A stretch of DNA of 64,000 nucleotides from NCBI GenBank assembly GCA_963924565.1, contig OZ004607.1:39308001-39372000 (forward strand), written 5' to 3'. Positions within the stretch are counted from its first letter, which is position 1; each line of letters opens with the position of its first letter. The position numbers and the translations under genes were made by a program. Below, piece by piece: positions 25,078 to 38,060 of this stretch. Under the pieces are notes generated by a model. It worked only from the letters and a program-made list of their open reading frames with translations. It was not told the origin of the DNA and searched no databases. The stretch comes from Ascidiella aspersa. Lineage: Eukaryota.

Positions 25078-28000
25078 TTGTAAATTAACGCCATAACTAT
25101 ATATGTTTGTGACCCGACGACGTCTCAAAAGTTGGATTGTGTTGAAGTGTGCATCAGCCAAAATAAAATCGCTTGGGGATAAGTTTTGTACAGAAAGTAA
25201 CCACAGATATCCCTAATGCGACTAAACCGCGTTAATTAAGCACTCAGGTCATTCAAGCGACGATTGATTTCATAACACGAAGATAGATTGAAAGTGGCTC
25301 CCCTTGGGAAATAAATTCGATGCGACATGAATCAGCGTGAGCGCAAAGCGACAAATCACATTAGACCACGTGGCTGCCTGCTCTCCCCTCCCCCTTAACC
25401 CCTTATTAACTTTGCAACGTTAACATTAAGAATTAAATTTTCCATCACCATTTCAGGCGTTTCTTCGTTTTAATTTTAAACCGCTAATTGCTTGGCAGTG
25501 GAAACGATTAAAGGCGATAATCTGTGCGAGTTTTAGATTCTAAAAGGAGCAATTTAAACAAATTATGCGTAAAACGAAGCTATTACCTTAAAGGCGTTTG
25601 GAGATACAGCTATACATGCTTCAAACAGTAATACAACTAAGGATCATAATTGTTAGAGGTGTTAGTTAGACGTAGTAAGAATATGACCACCCGAAAGTGA
25701 ATAAAAATATAATCGAAACGATCAAAACGTTTATATGATCTTTTATATTCCAGCTACGATTAACAATTTCAGGCAGAAATGGATAATTTGGCAAAATTAA
25801 TCACAAATAGGAACAAATCAACAATCAGGTATATTCAAGTGGTTATTTTCGTTCCAATAGGATTATAAAGTTAAACCAATAGCTGGACTAATTAAAAACT
25901 AACATTTCTTTGGTTTTTACGTATTCTTAAATATAATTTTTTTAAGTGGCTATTTTGATTCCAATAAGCATTAAAGGTTAAGACTCAAATAAAAAAAAAT
26001 GCGTCTTAGAACTGAAAAAAAACGCAATCGTCAATCACAAACGCGCAATTTCCCGTAACTCGGGTCACGATTTTACAGTTTGTGACAAAAAACGCGGTAA
26101 TGGTCGGATCTTAGGGGAATGAAGTACGTTGGAAGGCGCGCGTTTAAGGGCACGAAATGATTAAATGAACTGACAATCATTATCCAGAGCAATAAAACAA
26201 TTAAAGAGGTCATTTGAGGGCGACCTTAACTGTCAGACGAATCTCGACGGTTTCGTGTCCATCATTAACCTGATAAATGACCATCCACTGTTTCACCTTC
26301 GCGCTTGCAGATCGCTTTCTACGCACGGAGCATCACGAAATTTCACGAAGTCACGATTGACTTTTGACGGAAAGGACTCGAACTCACGAACGAATGTGCA
26401 TCACCTGGTCATCGACACGATTATGCAAATTAAGCCGCACAAGAGCACCGTGGTTCACCCCTGGACACACGGACACACCGACACACGGATATATACGAAC
26501 AAGGCAAACGCAAGACAGAAAAGCCGTGATTGAAGTATTTTTTTAAAAGTTTTTTTTTAGGTTTCACCTCTTTTTTTAGAAAGCTTTACTAAAAGTTTTG
26601 GTTGATTTTTTAGCGACTTCTATTTAGATAGTTTTATCTATTTTTTAATCGGAAAAAGCTTGAAAAGCCTGTGATTTCAATTAAATCAAAACGCCAAAAT
26701 GTATTTTTCAACATTTTATTTCAATATTTTTAGGCTTTACCTATTTTAGGCTGCTTTAGGCTACTTAAAAATTGTGGATTATAATTATTTTTTTTAAATA
26801 ATTTTTTACTTTTATATTTTCAAGCTTCGAGTCGTTATTCGTGAACTTAACTGACTGTTCGTTTTGATATTTTAAACGATATTTTTGTTTAACATAATTT
26901 TTTTTTCCAAATAACAATCGTAAAAATAACACAAAAAATTTTTGTAAGGCAAGGCTTTAGTTTCTAACAAAAATTATTTTTTAAAGCTAAGAGGGGTGAA
27001 ATTAAATCAGAAAAATCAGAAATGTCGATAACCTTTTTTGAAGGCTGCAACTTTGCGTTACATTATTCGACAAATTCGCGACCGAAACCACCCAAAGACA
27101 ATTTGTCAAATTCCCTTCGTGTCTTGCCGTCTGCCAAATTATGGACAATAGTGAAAAAAACACCCAGAAAATAGATTCTCTTTAGCGTAGATTTGACAAT
27201 ATCTTACATCGCTAACCTTAAGTTCGTGTGCCAAGCTCGCATTTTGCGTCTGCCTTGAGCGTTTCTCCGGCTTTTCCAATGTACTACACAAACACCCGGG
27301 CGACCATTAACATGACTGCGATGCAATCTCGCAGTAATAACAACACTACAGGCACGACATGTTTGGGCAGCGCCTTCTCAAACTCTTGCAGCTCTTTCAC
27401 AAAAATCGCGCCACACTCTCTACAACACAAATGTAATGTATAAGAGTCGTTTTGACAATAATGTGATGTTACCCTTACTATACGACAAGGCAATTAGGTA
27501 AATACAATAATATTGTCAGGTATGACTAACAGAAAGTGCGAATCATGTTTTTTAAGTTTGCTTGCACGCCTACGAGTAATACGAATTTGTTTTTTTCCTA
27601 AAATACGAAAAGTTCCGCAAAGAGGAACACCAAAACACGGTAAAGAAATCAAAATACCGCACATTCGAGCAAAAAAACGCCTGTTACTATTGTAAGTTTC
27701 AAATTAAAACGTGCGTTTGTTTGTTTTTTTTGCATAAATTCATCTAATCATACCTGAATTACCAACCAATTACTTAAAAGTTTAATTCCATTTTTAATAA
27801 ACTTTACAGACTGCGTACCACCTAATTGCTAAATTGTTGCTGCGTAACAAATAGTTTAAAAAATACATTTACTTAAATTTACTTAACTTAAAAAAAATCT
27901 CAAAAAACAAATAAAAAAAAACTTGTTTTCAGCGCTATCCGCTGATTCTAGAAATAAGGTCGATTTACAGTTTTCGTATTAATTTTTCAAATTAATCTAA

Positions 28001-28147
28001 TTCTTCCATTTCCACAAAATCGTAACGCACGGTAACCAACGAGTTACCGTTAGTATTTGTCCAATGAAGCTATGGGGTGTAGCATCGGCTGAGAACCACC
28101 GCTTCAATCCAAATAAAGCACGTTAGTATTGTTTCGACCCCATATTA

Positions 28148-28175
28148 GGGGATTTCCCGGAAAATTCGTGAGTCA
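28148..28175. promoter_or_regulatory. Candidate composite NF-kB + STAT + AP-1 element
   Basis: GGGATTTCCC (28149-28158) overlapping TTCCCGGAA (28154-28162), with TGAGTCA at 28169-28175. Confidence 0.45.
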
Positions 28176-30107
28176 TTTTGCTCGTAAAACACAAAGCGTG
28201 GCATGAAACTGCATTTTTACACAAGATTTATTGGTAAAAAAGCCAGTTTTCTTAAAAAAACGTTAAATTCCTATGAATACCTGAAACACATAAAACGTAA
28301 AGGTTTAGTTTGCAAATAATTTTAGGGATATGGTAAAATGCAAAACAAGTCAGTTTATGACTTTATGTGATACTAAAAATGTCTGCAAATTGGCATCAAC
28401 AGTTTTTTTTAACAATCTTTCCAAAGTGACAATTTGTATAACAGCTAAAACCAAATAAAAAATCTATTTTTAACCTAAAAAGGCCAACAGAAAATTAGGC
28501 TTGAAATCCAAGATTCATCAAAAACTTTAAATACTAAAAGATATCATAAACTCCAGCTAAAATGAAAGAAACACACACATTTGTTCAACAACTGTGATCT
28601 AGCACTTCTGGGGCGGCTTTTTGACCAACGATTACGGCTTACGTATCACATAACACCGAAAGTCGGAAGGCTGCGATGGCTTTCGGTGTACTCCAGCAAA
28701 AACTAACAAAGACAGGTTATCCCACCATTCAAATAAATCCGAGGTACACACATGGTAAAAATAAACCCACGTTGCGCACAGGGAAGCGATATTAACGTTT
28801 CCGTAGTTTCACAAAGTCAGCAAACCTTTAGGAACCGCAAGTAGGCTAACTGCACGTTTTCTACGCCATAATTGAGCTCTTATGTCGCAACAATGGGCCT
28901 CGGGCGTCTACGAACCGCCAACTCCAAATTCACGTTCGTCCAATTGGAGCGTAATTATGTTTTTTTAGCGCTGCAAGGTTGGAAAACAATGTGAGCGCCA
29001 TAACACGAGATACTGAAGGGGGTTGAGGGTAATTACGTGGCACACTTACCAGGAAAAGATCCACAATTATCCGGTGTCTTCCTACAAACGGAGATATGCG
29101 CATAACAAACCGCTCTTAATTGCTATAAGTCTGTAATTACGAGTAGTTTGGCCGAGGTTTGGGCCGAGTTCGCAACAACAGATTGCGTAATCTTGCTTTA
29201 CATGGGAAATTGCTTCGGAAACACTTGAGCTTGAATCGGCAACGATTTGTCTTAAACTTGGTCTCCAGCTCTGTAAAGCTTTGGTCTCAAACGCATTAAT
29301 TCTTGGCTCTTAAAATCATTTAAATTTTCATGAAAACTAAAACAGCTTAGAATTTTTATAGTTTTCACTGTATGTCGCTGTGACGGAAAAAACGTTTTCA
29401 AGAAACTTTTAGTAAGAAATTAACGCTGAATATTATACATCATATAAATATACCTTACAATTTACAATGGCGTAAATACGAGGATAATTTCTAAATTGTG
29501 TTTTGCTTTTTAGTAAGGTATTTTTTTGCCTTTAAATCTCTGGCAAACAAACGGAACTGAACGAAAATCAAATCAAAACTAAGATTTACGAATATCATCA
29601 AAACTAAGATTTACGAATAATATCTTCTTCCAATGAAAACAAAACACTTTATCTGCAAAGCAACTTCTATCGCTTGATGCGTCGCAAGTTTAACAAACTT
29701 TTTCAAAGTTTTTGCAAGTAATAAAGTTTTAGAACCGCTGGTATAACAAAACAATTAGACTAAGCCTGGACTTTTTGTGACCACGTACCACATAATTGAG
29801 CTAACTGTTGCTGCATACAATCTGGCTACAAACTATTAAGTTATTTCACCTAAACTACGAAGCAATGAACTGTACTGATGTCTTGCTCAAGCAAACTTCT
29901 CACAAAACGCAAACAACTGAAAAAAAAGGTCGAGCTCCAAAGTGATCTGCTTTCTTCGGCAAGTGTCGGAAAGTACGGGCGATTATAACGTCACAAAGCC
30001 GGGGAGGGAATTAGCACAAGGCCAGATCGAAGACAGAAAGCTCGCAGGGATTATTACACATTGGAGTGCGATAATCCACAGGAACAAAGCGAGGGTGCCA
30101 TTCCGCC

Positions 30108-30685
30108 AACAATTAATCCCCTTCCAAGGGAATCCAGCGAGGAGATATGCACAGGAACCAGGCCTGGATTTTAATTGCTTAGCGGATTTTTTCTGGACTC
30201 GGAACAGAATGGTTAAAGGCCTATTGAACGTTATAGTAAGGGTATTTAAAGCTAGAAAGATGAGCAGAATTTGAACGTGAATATTAAGCATGGATTACTT
30301 TTAAATAATAGGTAATAAAATAATTAAAAAAATAACAAAACTGATGAGAGTCTGTTGGAAAATTTAGTAAAAATAACTTGGCAAGTTTTTACATTTTTGC
30401 ATGGTAACACAAACTTTACTTTTATTAATCTAACAATTAATTCCCTTCCAAATATCCCAATGCAGGAACTAGCCCCACGCTTTTAATTGCTTAACAGATT
30501 TTTCCTAGACTTGAATAGAATGGTTAAGGCTTATTCTAGCAGAAATTTAAACGTGATTTTTAAGCATGAAAGACTTTCAAATAAAAGGTAATGATATAGG
30601 AAAACAACAAAACTGTTGCGATTCTGTTAAAAAAATTAGAAAAAAATAACTTGGAAAGTTTTTACATTTTTGCCACGTAACAGAA
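30108..30685. repeat. Old ~320-bp tandem duplication (30108-30415 / 30432-30685)
   Basis: Colinear blocks AACAATTAAT(T)CCCTTCCAA, TTTTAATTGCTTA, GAATGGTTAA, TAAGCATG, AAATAACTTGG..AAGTTTTTACATTTT. Confidence 0.8.
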
Positions 30686-32174
30686 AATTTAAATTTCGCA
30701 AAACATAGTTAACGGAAGTTTTTGTATAAAAAGGAACTAAAAATATAAAAAAAATCAAAGAGCCTGTCAAAAAATCGCAGGTAGCAGTCAAAAAGATACC
30801 TAATCGCAAATATAAGCATTTCTTTCCGCAAAAAGCCAACAGAAAATTACACATAAAAGCAATGAATCATATTACAAATTTAAACACAACAATGGCACAA
30901 AGCATAAACAGCAAAAAATAATGACAATAGGAATTTCCTCAATTCTACCGATAACCCTTTTCGATTAATTTCCTTTCAAATTAATCCAAGGCATACATAT
31001 GGAAAACTGACAAATCCAGTTTTCGGCAACAAGCTCAATTGAAAAACCTCGACAGAGATAACTAAGTGGGAATTTCCACGTTTTCCAACAAAAACACCTC
31101 GTCCAACTAAAACCGGGTCCAATTACATCTTTAACGCAAGTCAATCAATTTAAGATCAAAGCACATCGGTAATCTCGGTGAAACAACAGCCAATATCTGC
31201 TGAACAAACCAAATAACCGCCCAAAAGTCTGTCGCTGGTGAGATACAACATCAGAACGTGCACGAAAATGTCTGGTGTGCTACTCGCTTGTTGAACACAG
31301 CAAGATAGAATAGCCCGGGGCTAATATAAAGCCTTCTTCGTTTAAAGCCAAGATGAGTCCACTTTTAGCGTGGAAAGACGACAGAAAATAATGGGCGTTG
31401 CTGCGCCTGAAGTGTGATGTCATTAATTTGAAAAATTCGTTAACAAATTACATTACACGTAAATGTAAACAAATGTCGCTTTTATAACTACAACTAAAAA
31501 TATTGTTTTATAAGAAAAAAAATATATATAGCGTAAAAAATATAAACTTCGTCAAAAAACTAGTAGTTCGGGCGAATAAATTTCACTCTGATTAACGAAA
31601 GTAGATTTACAACGTCAAAAAATCCGACTTCGCGACAACCTTAAAATTGTGAGCTACAGCTCACATAAAACTAAGTTCCACCAAGTTGCCCTTAAACATA
31701 CGACAACCGAAAAAGCGTCGGTGGACAACTTAGCATAAAAATGGCTTAAAACACCTTTACAGATTATAATTAGTTTTTTTTTATAATAAACATCAATTAA
31801 ATTAAATTCAAGTTTGTCAACATAATGCTGGAGGTCATATCAACAACGTCAATTAGCGCTAATCAGCATTTAATTGTATTATGGCGTCGTGTTTAGATTT
31901 CCCACTGAGTGAAATTCCCACGATGGATGTTTGATCCGGAAACCTTAACAAGAAATGCAACTCAGGTGATAAGCGGCAATATCCCGCCTACACATCAACG
32001 TGTACAAAGGAAATGGACGCAGATGGCGTTTGACCTCCACAACACGAACTCTTACAACGCATAAGTGATAGTTACTTGAATCTTATCAGCATAAGATAAA
32101 CTAAGAAAAAAAATCGTGACACATCATTTTACAAAAAATTATGACATTATATTCCGATAACGATACGCGATATT

Positions 32175-32378
32175 TTTTGGAGCATAATGGTTGGAGGTTG
32201 TAGTCAGACGTAATAAGAATATCAAAGCCCATACAGAAGTAGGTGTCGTTTTGAACGTTTCGAATAACTCTTTATTCATATGAAAATGAATAAATGTTGA
32301 AAATGAATAAAGAGTTATTCGAAACGTTCAAAATGATACCTACTTCTGTATGGGCTTTGATATTCTTATTACGTCTGA
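32175..32378. mobile_element. Family B repeat: ~75-bp inverted arms with a U3-A8 hammerhead-like motif, flanked by a 12-bp direct repeat
   Basis: Arms 32204-32279 and 32303-32378 are near-perfect inverted repeats. UUGAAAA-U-GAAUAA-agag-UUAUUC-GAAA-CGUU at 32297-32328. ATACGCGATATT occurs at 32163-32174 and 32379-32390. Confidence 0.7.
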
Positions 32379-32992
32379 ATACGCGATATTATTAACAAAA
32401 AATCACGATTACATATCAATTGACGTCATTTTCAACCTTAAACAGAAAAATTGATGAAATTGATACATTCAATGGTATGTTTTACATGAAATTAGGTTAA
32501 AATTTGTCTTTGTATTAAAAAGTTTAGTTACGTAGAGTTGTTTACGTAATTTCAAAGTAGAAATCGTTTTGTTGGATCGTAAATCATTGCTGCACTTCCC
32601 ATATCAATTTGGTATCGGATCGGCACCGATACCAGCCGAGTATCGGACGAGGAACGATACTAACACTTGGTACCCGGTATCGGCTCCAATCCGACATTAT
32701 CGCGCATCCATAAAAACAATTTTTTTGCCATCTCAACCAGATAAAGTCAAAAAAGCCATACATAGTACATACTGTACGCCAGCAAAGCAGACGAGTTCAC
32801 AATAAATTTTTAACAGTAGCAATTTATTGCGTTCTAGGTTTCTCTCCTACAATAATATTCAATGTAAATTATTTCCAGCATAAAAAACTCAGTAAATATG
32901 CAAATCTATTCCTTTAAACAATTCAACTATAATAAAATAGCTCCGATAGATTTGCTAACATGTAACAAGGAGTAAAAAACACGCATATTTAA

Positions 32993-33121
32993 ATACAGTG
33001 TTCCAACGGCCACTTACACACGATGCCATGTGCCCCTGGGACAGTGTTTAACCGAGCGATCGGAGTTTGCGACTATCCCTACAACGTACCAGGTTGTGGC
33101 GGAACCGACCCCAGACTCTGT
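32993..33121 (+). pseudogene. Orphan chitin-binding type-2 (CBM14/peritrophin-A) domain fragment
   Basis: In-frame IQCSNGHLHTMPCAPGTVFNRAIGVCDYPYNVPGCGGTDPRLC is the C-terminal 4 Cys of a CBM14 domain plus the likely first Cys of a following repeat. There is an in-frame TAA immediately upstream and a possible acceptor AG at 32997-32998. No partner exons were recognised. Confidence 0.7.
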
Positions 33122-34029
33122 TGGTTATTGGAGCGAAAACGTCGCAATAAAAACGCCCACCTTAAAACTACCTACGAGACGCATATTTCGGTTTGCTCAC
33201 GAAAGCGACGACAGATGCGTCGATTTACTGAAGAACCCACGCACAAAAGACGCGCAATTCCAGGCACGCGACGCAAGTCAACATCTCCATTCCAACACAA
33301 ACACCAGAGAACCAACAAAATACCAAAAAACCTCACAACCTTGACTTTACGGCCAACCGGGCGGTCGCTATAGCAACAGGGGAGTCAGCGGGCAGGTTGG
33401 AACGGATAACAATGGGCGACGCGCGAAGCAAAAAGCGACGCACCTCGTTTCAAAGCGGCGCAAGAGAATTTTCTCCCGCGGCTTAAAATATCGCGCTGTC
33501 TGGCTCAGTGTTTTTTACCCTTTTTTGGGCCACTTTGTGCATTAGAATTATTTTGCGGACACACCTAACTAATGGTTCTATAATTGCATTAAAATAAACA
33601 GCACCACGACATTTTTTCACCCTAAGTTTTTCTTAGTGCCACATTCGGGCATGTTTGAATAAGCACCAAATATATATTCGGACTGTATTGTACTTACGCA
33701 GCAACAGGCCCACACAATTACTATGTTATCATTACACACCGAATCTTATTATTACACAATAATTAATAAAGCAAACAACAAACGGAGAATTTAAACTGTT
33801 AAAAGCTTTTATAAAAAAACTACGTAAGTCCATTGTGTTGAACCAGTGATTTTAGTACAGTGCAATAATCTTCAGCATATACTGCGACAATCATAAATCA
33901 CGCACGGCTGATATATAAATTAAAATTTGGTGGACATTACCATATTTGCGGTGCTAAAAACAAGACATTGCGTTTTCCAAATCGTTCGTTCAGTTTTACA
34001 TTTTTATCGCATCTATACACACAACCATC

Positions 34030-34032
<3 letters not shown>

Positions 34033-34062
<30 letters not shown>
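34033..34062. repeat. poly(T) tract (~30 nt)
   Basis: Directly visible. Confidence 0.95.
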
Positions 34063-34065
<3 letters not shown>

Positions 34066-37000
34066 TATTTTGCTTGAAATACCCCAAAAGTTTACCGTGT
34101 ACTTGAATAAAGTTCACTTTTATTTGTTACTTCTGAAGTAACTCTTAATTATCGGTAAGAGCCTCTTTAAAATTATTCACGCCACCATTTTAAACGAGTG
34201 TAATTTTTATAAGGAGAATTAGCAAAGTCCAATTCGTTTGAAATATTTTGTTTAATACTTTAAAACAATGATCAGCATGAGTACTTTCGGTTAGCCTAAT
34301 AATTCTAAACTAAAGGGTTAATATTTAAAAGGCTACAACACATTAAAACATCAACAGCCTGCCAAATTAAAAACTCTCACTGCAGCTCGCAGACAACGAA
34401 ATATAAAACGCGGAAAAGCTTTTAACATCTTCAATAGTTTCCTAAAACGGAACAACTTGAAACAACGATAAATAATTAAAGCAAGGCCGATCAGTAAACC
34501 TACCACATCGGAAAACCCTGAGCAAGAAACCTATAGCTAAACAGAAGAAATCGAACGTTACTCAACAACCATCCGCTCTTTGATAAGGATGGAAACCGAA
34601 ATGTCAAAGCAGCGTCACAATATATTTTTGACAGCTTCGGCTATTTTTAACATCACAAGGAAATATGCGGGTTAAACTGCGCGAGATGTCGTTGTAATAT
34701 AAATAAACAAACTATCTCTATTATAACACGTATATAAGTGTAGCATTGTTTGGGAATTCTAATAAAACAATGCTCATTGTCACCGAATTATAATAATTGT
34801 AGTAGAGTTAAAGGATTTAGAAAACTTTAGAACAATAACTTTTTTTGTTAAGGGTAAACGACAAACTTAATGGATTTCATATACCCTAAAATTTATCAAG
34901 TTATGCCCGACAAGTAAGTTTCTAATACCCATAAAATGACCTACAAAAACACAATAACAGACTAAACAACATAAAATACGGTACTAGCCTTAATAGTCAG
35001 CTTTGAAAGATAGATAAAACTCACATGTTCAGCAGCAACTAAACGTAAATAGTCAACACGAGCAACAAGTATACAAATTTGTTCTAGAAAAAACGCAAAG
35101 TTAAAGCATTTGAAATAGCCAACAGTTGCGTGCGGACAATGGAAAGGTGGAAGGGGGAAGAGAGTTGCATCAAATCACCACTTCCGTGCTTTCTCTTGCC
35201 GCAATTTCGCCGACTTGCACAAAACGCTTAATTGCTGGCAATCGGGCGGACGTTGTCATATCGAGGGCCGCCATCGCCAATATATAAGTGACATAACTAG
35301 TCTGACGTAAGACGCTTCAAACGGAATTGATGCGCACTGGTACAAAGGTTGTGTCCCGTCTAGGGAAGGCATTGCTGGCGATTAGCTGAGTGCCGCTATT
35401 GGATTGAATGCGTGATAGACAGTCGGGATAAGGCGGCAACAGCACCTATAGGAAATGGATCCAACACCGCAGAAAGCTTCCTGTCTACGAGCTCCAACTG
35501 TCTGAGGGAGGCCGTCGCGAGGTTAGGCTGCATTAGCCACTTGTAAACAACCTCCAAGGCCGAGTTTAGACGATTTTTACACTACACTGTATACATAGCC
35601 ACGATAATCTGTCAATATTCCTGACTAAACAGGAAAAATGCCTAAAAAGGCCCCCAATGCACGAAAAGCAACAGCTTAAAAAATAAAAACAATGCCCCTA
35701 GGCCCGATTTTTTGTTATTTACACACAAAAAAGTGTTCATGGCGACGATTTTGATTCATATATTTGTAAAGATTCCCATTAAAAAACAGCAGAAGTATCA
35801 AAACTAATACTAATGAGAACGAAAGGCAACTGTTTAGAAGGCCAAAAACAAACCTAGGCTCGACTATTCCAATTTTCACACAAAACGGTATTTATAGCGT
35901 TAATTTTGATTGAAAGATGAATTAACATTCCTAATTGAACAGCAAAAATACCAAAAAATCTATTAATAGGCACGAAACGCAACTATTTAAAATGGAGCGG
36001 GCCTATACACTAGTGGCTTTTAAAATTGGCCAGGCAGACGTTTTTCCCGTTGCCCATACGATTTCCGACAGCTTGTTTTGAAGCTGGCTGCGCTTGCGGG
36101 TCACGGGTTGCATGAGGCATAATGCTGATGCCAGTAGTTGGGCTTTTAATTGCTCTGTGGCATTGGGTCGGGCCGGAAGCTTGTTCGACATATGTCTTGC
36201 GCTCACGACCTTGAGACGGTTGGTCAACAAGGCTGTTGGACCCTGGATGATAGTCAACAACCTAACACAGATAGGGACTAGGGTGGCGCAACTTTTCCCT
36301 ACTGTATATTGAATTGAGTGGAACAGATAAATGTGAAAATAAATTTTAATATATAGACTATTGTATTTTTTATTTTATTTAAAGGGTGAAAAAAAGATTT
36401 TGAAAAGTTTTATAAAACAATAATCAACATTTGTGCAAAAAAAAATCATAAATCCATTAAATCCAAAATAAAAGTTTTACTTTGTTTTTTAAACAAAAAT
36501 TGGTTTACAATTTAGTTTTACAATATAATTAACTTAAAGTAATTTAGTTGATCATTAAAAAGTAATCGCCAAACAATTAATAAATTTATTATGAATTTTA
36601 GAGGTCTAATTAAGTTAAAAAATGTTAATAGACAACAAGACAAACTATCACAACACAAATGATAGCCAGCACATGTTTTACAATGTCTGGAAAAAACTGT
36701 ATATCACATAGAAGAGTGTGGATTTGTTGTCATTTTTTTCAATGATGTTTTCTAAAAATTTTCCCCCTAGTTAACACACATTGGAAGAAGCAATATGAGT
36801 TGAAAGTTAACAATAAAATTTAAATAAAATTTAGCTTGTAGTGCATGTGTGTTAACGAAATATTTGACAAATATTTAGATACTAGGTCGTACAAGTTAAA
36901 GAAATCCTCATTTTCAAACTTCAACAAAAATGACTTTAAACTATAATACAAACATCTTTTAAATCATACAAAAAAAAATATATTTATTTAATACATTTGG

Positions 37001-37787
37001 AATGCAGCTTAATACAAGTAAGTGCATCGGTGGATTTATAAAATAAATTTTTATTCTAAAAGTTGAATTGAAATAATTAAAACTAAACCAATATAAGTTA
37101 AACATTTGACACTCGTCTAACCTCCTCTACCACATTTTTTGTACATAACATGTATGGGTAACCATTAGCACTCAATATAACATTAGCACGCAAATAATCA
37201 ACAGTACCATTATTCCATTACAAAAACATTTTAATGTATACTTTAGTAATATCGACTAAAATAACTTTCCACAAAGCTAGTTCTACAGAATGTACTTTTC
37301 AAGCGTCATCTTAATTGACATATTTCCATTATTACTGTACAACTAGGTTTAAAATAACTAGTTCTCTGAATATTTCAATTAAAAATAAAAACACATAAAC
37401 CATCGGGATAAAACAAAACATGTCTGATTTACATAGGATTTATCTACAAGCAAGAGTGCATGTTAGGGCACTTCACGCCCAAATCTTGGGTGTGCAGAAC
37501 CAGATTTTGAGTTGTGCATGCGTGCAATCAAGCTTTTATGCACAACTTAGGTTGGATATCCTACCGCAATTTAGATTTTTTCTAAATTTAAGTGCACAAT
37601 ATAGCAAACCAGGTGTGCACAAAAAATTTATTTAGAAAAAATATTGGGTGTGCCCTGTTACAGAATGCAGATTGGTCTACAAGCAAATACATCTTCCCAC
37701 AATATTTTTAATTAAAGTCAAAAGATAATACAAACAATGGAGTTTCAATAGCAAGAGTACTGGTAGTCAAGTAATATAATTAAACCA

Positions 37788-38060
37788 GGCGCTCTTTCAC
37801 TATTGTACGTAAAAATTTAAAAAAAAAAAACTTTCTTCAAATGCCGCATACCACAACACATATTGTTTGGGTTAGGGTGCGGGTTAGCGTTTGGTTGAGG
37901 GTGGGTCAAGTTAATATTAATAATAAACATAATATTACTTGACCCACCCTCACCCAAACGCTAACCCGCGCCCTAACCCAAACAATATGCGTTGTGGTAA
38001 GCGGTATTATTATTATTTTTTTTTTGCATAACTTTTCACGTACAATAGTGAAAGAGCGCC
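37788..38060. mobile_element. Palindromic GGCGCT-terminated MITE (Merlin-like by GG ends and 8-bp TSD)
   Basis: TIR GGCGCTCTTTCACTATTGTACGT; almost the whole element is a hairpin with GGGTTAG-like repeats; TSD TTAAACCA/TTAAACCT. Confidence 0.85.

Noticed and set aside
29569-29620. Short tandem duplications (also ~53922-53968, ~51870-52300, 10627/10679)
   Set aside because: Ordinary local slippage or duplication with no sign of function.
34033-34062. poly(T) as a retrocopy tail
   Set aside because: No adjacent polyadenylation signal, TSD or recognisable cargo.
8306-37635. The many 60-120 aa ORF-track entries in the gene desert
   Set aside because: No recognisable domains (except the CBM14 fragment), many with non-ATG starts or inside repeats.
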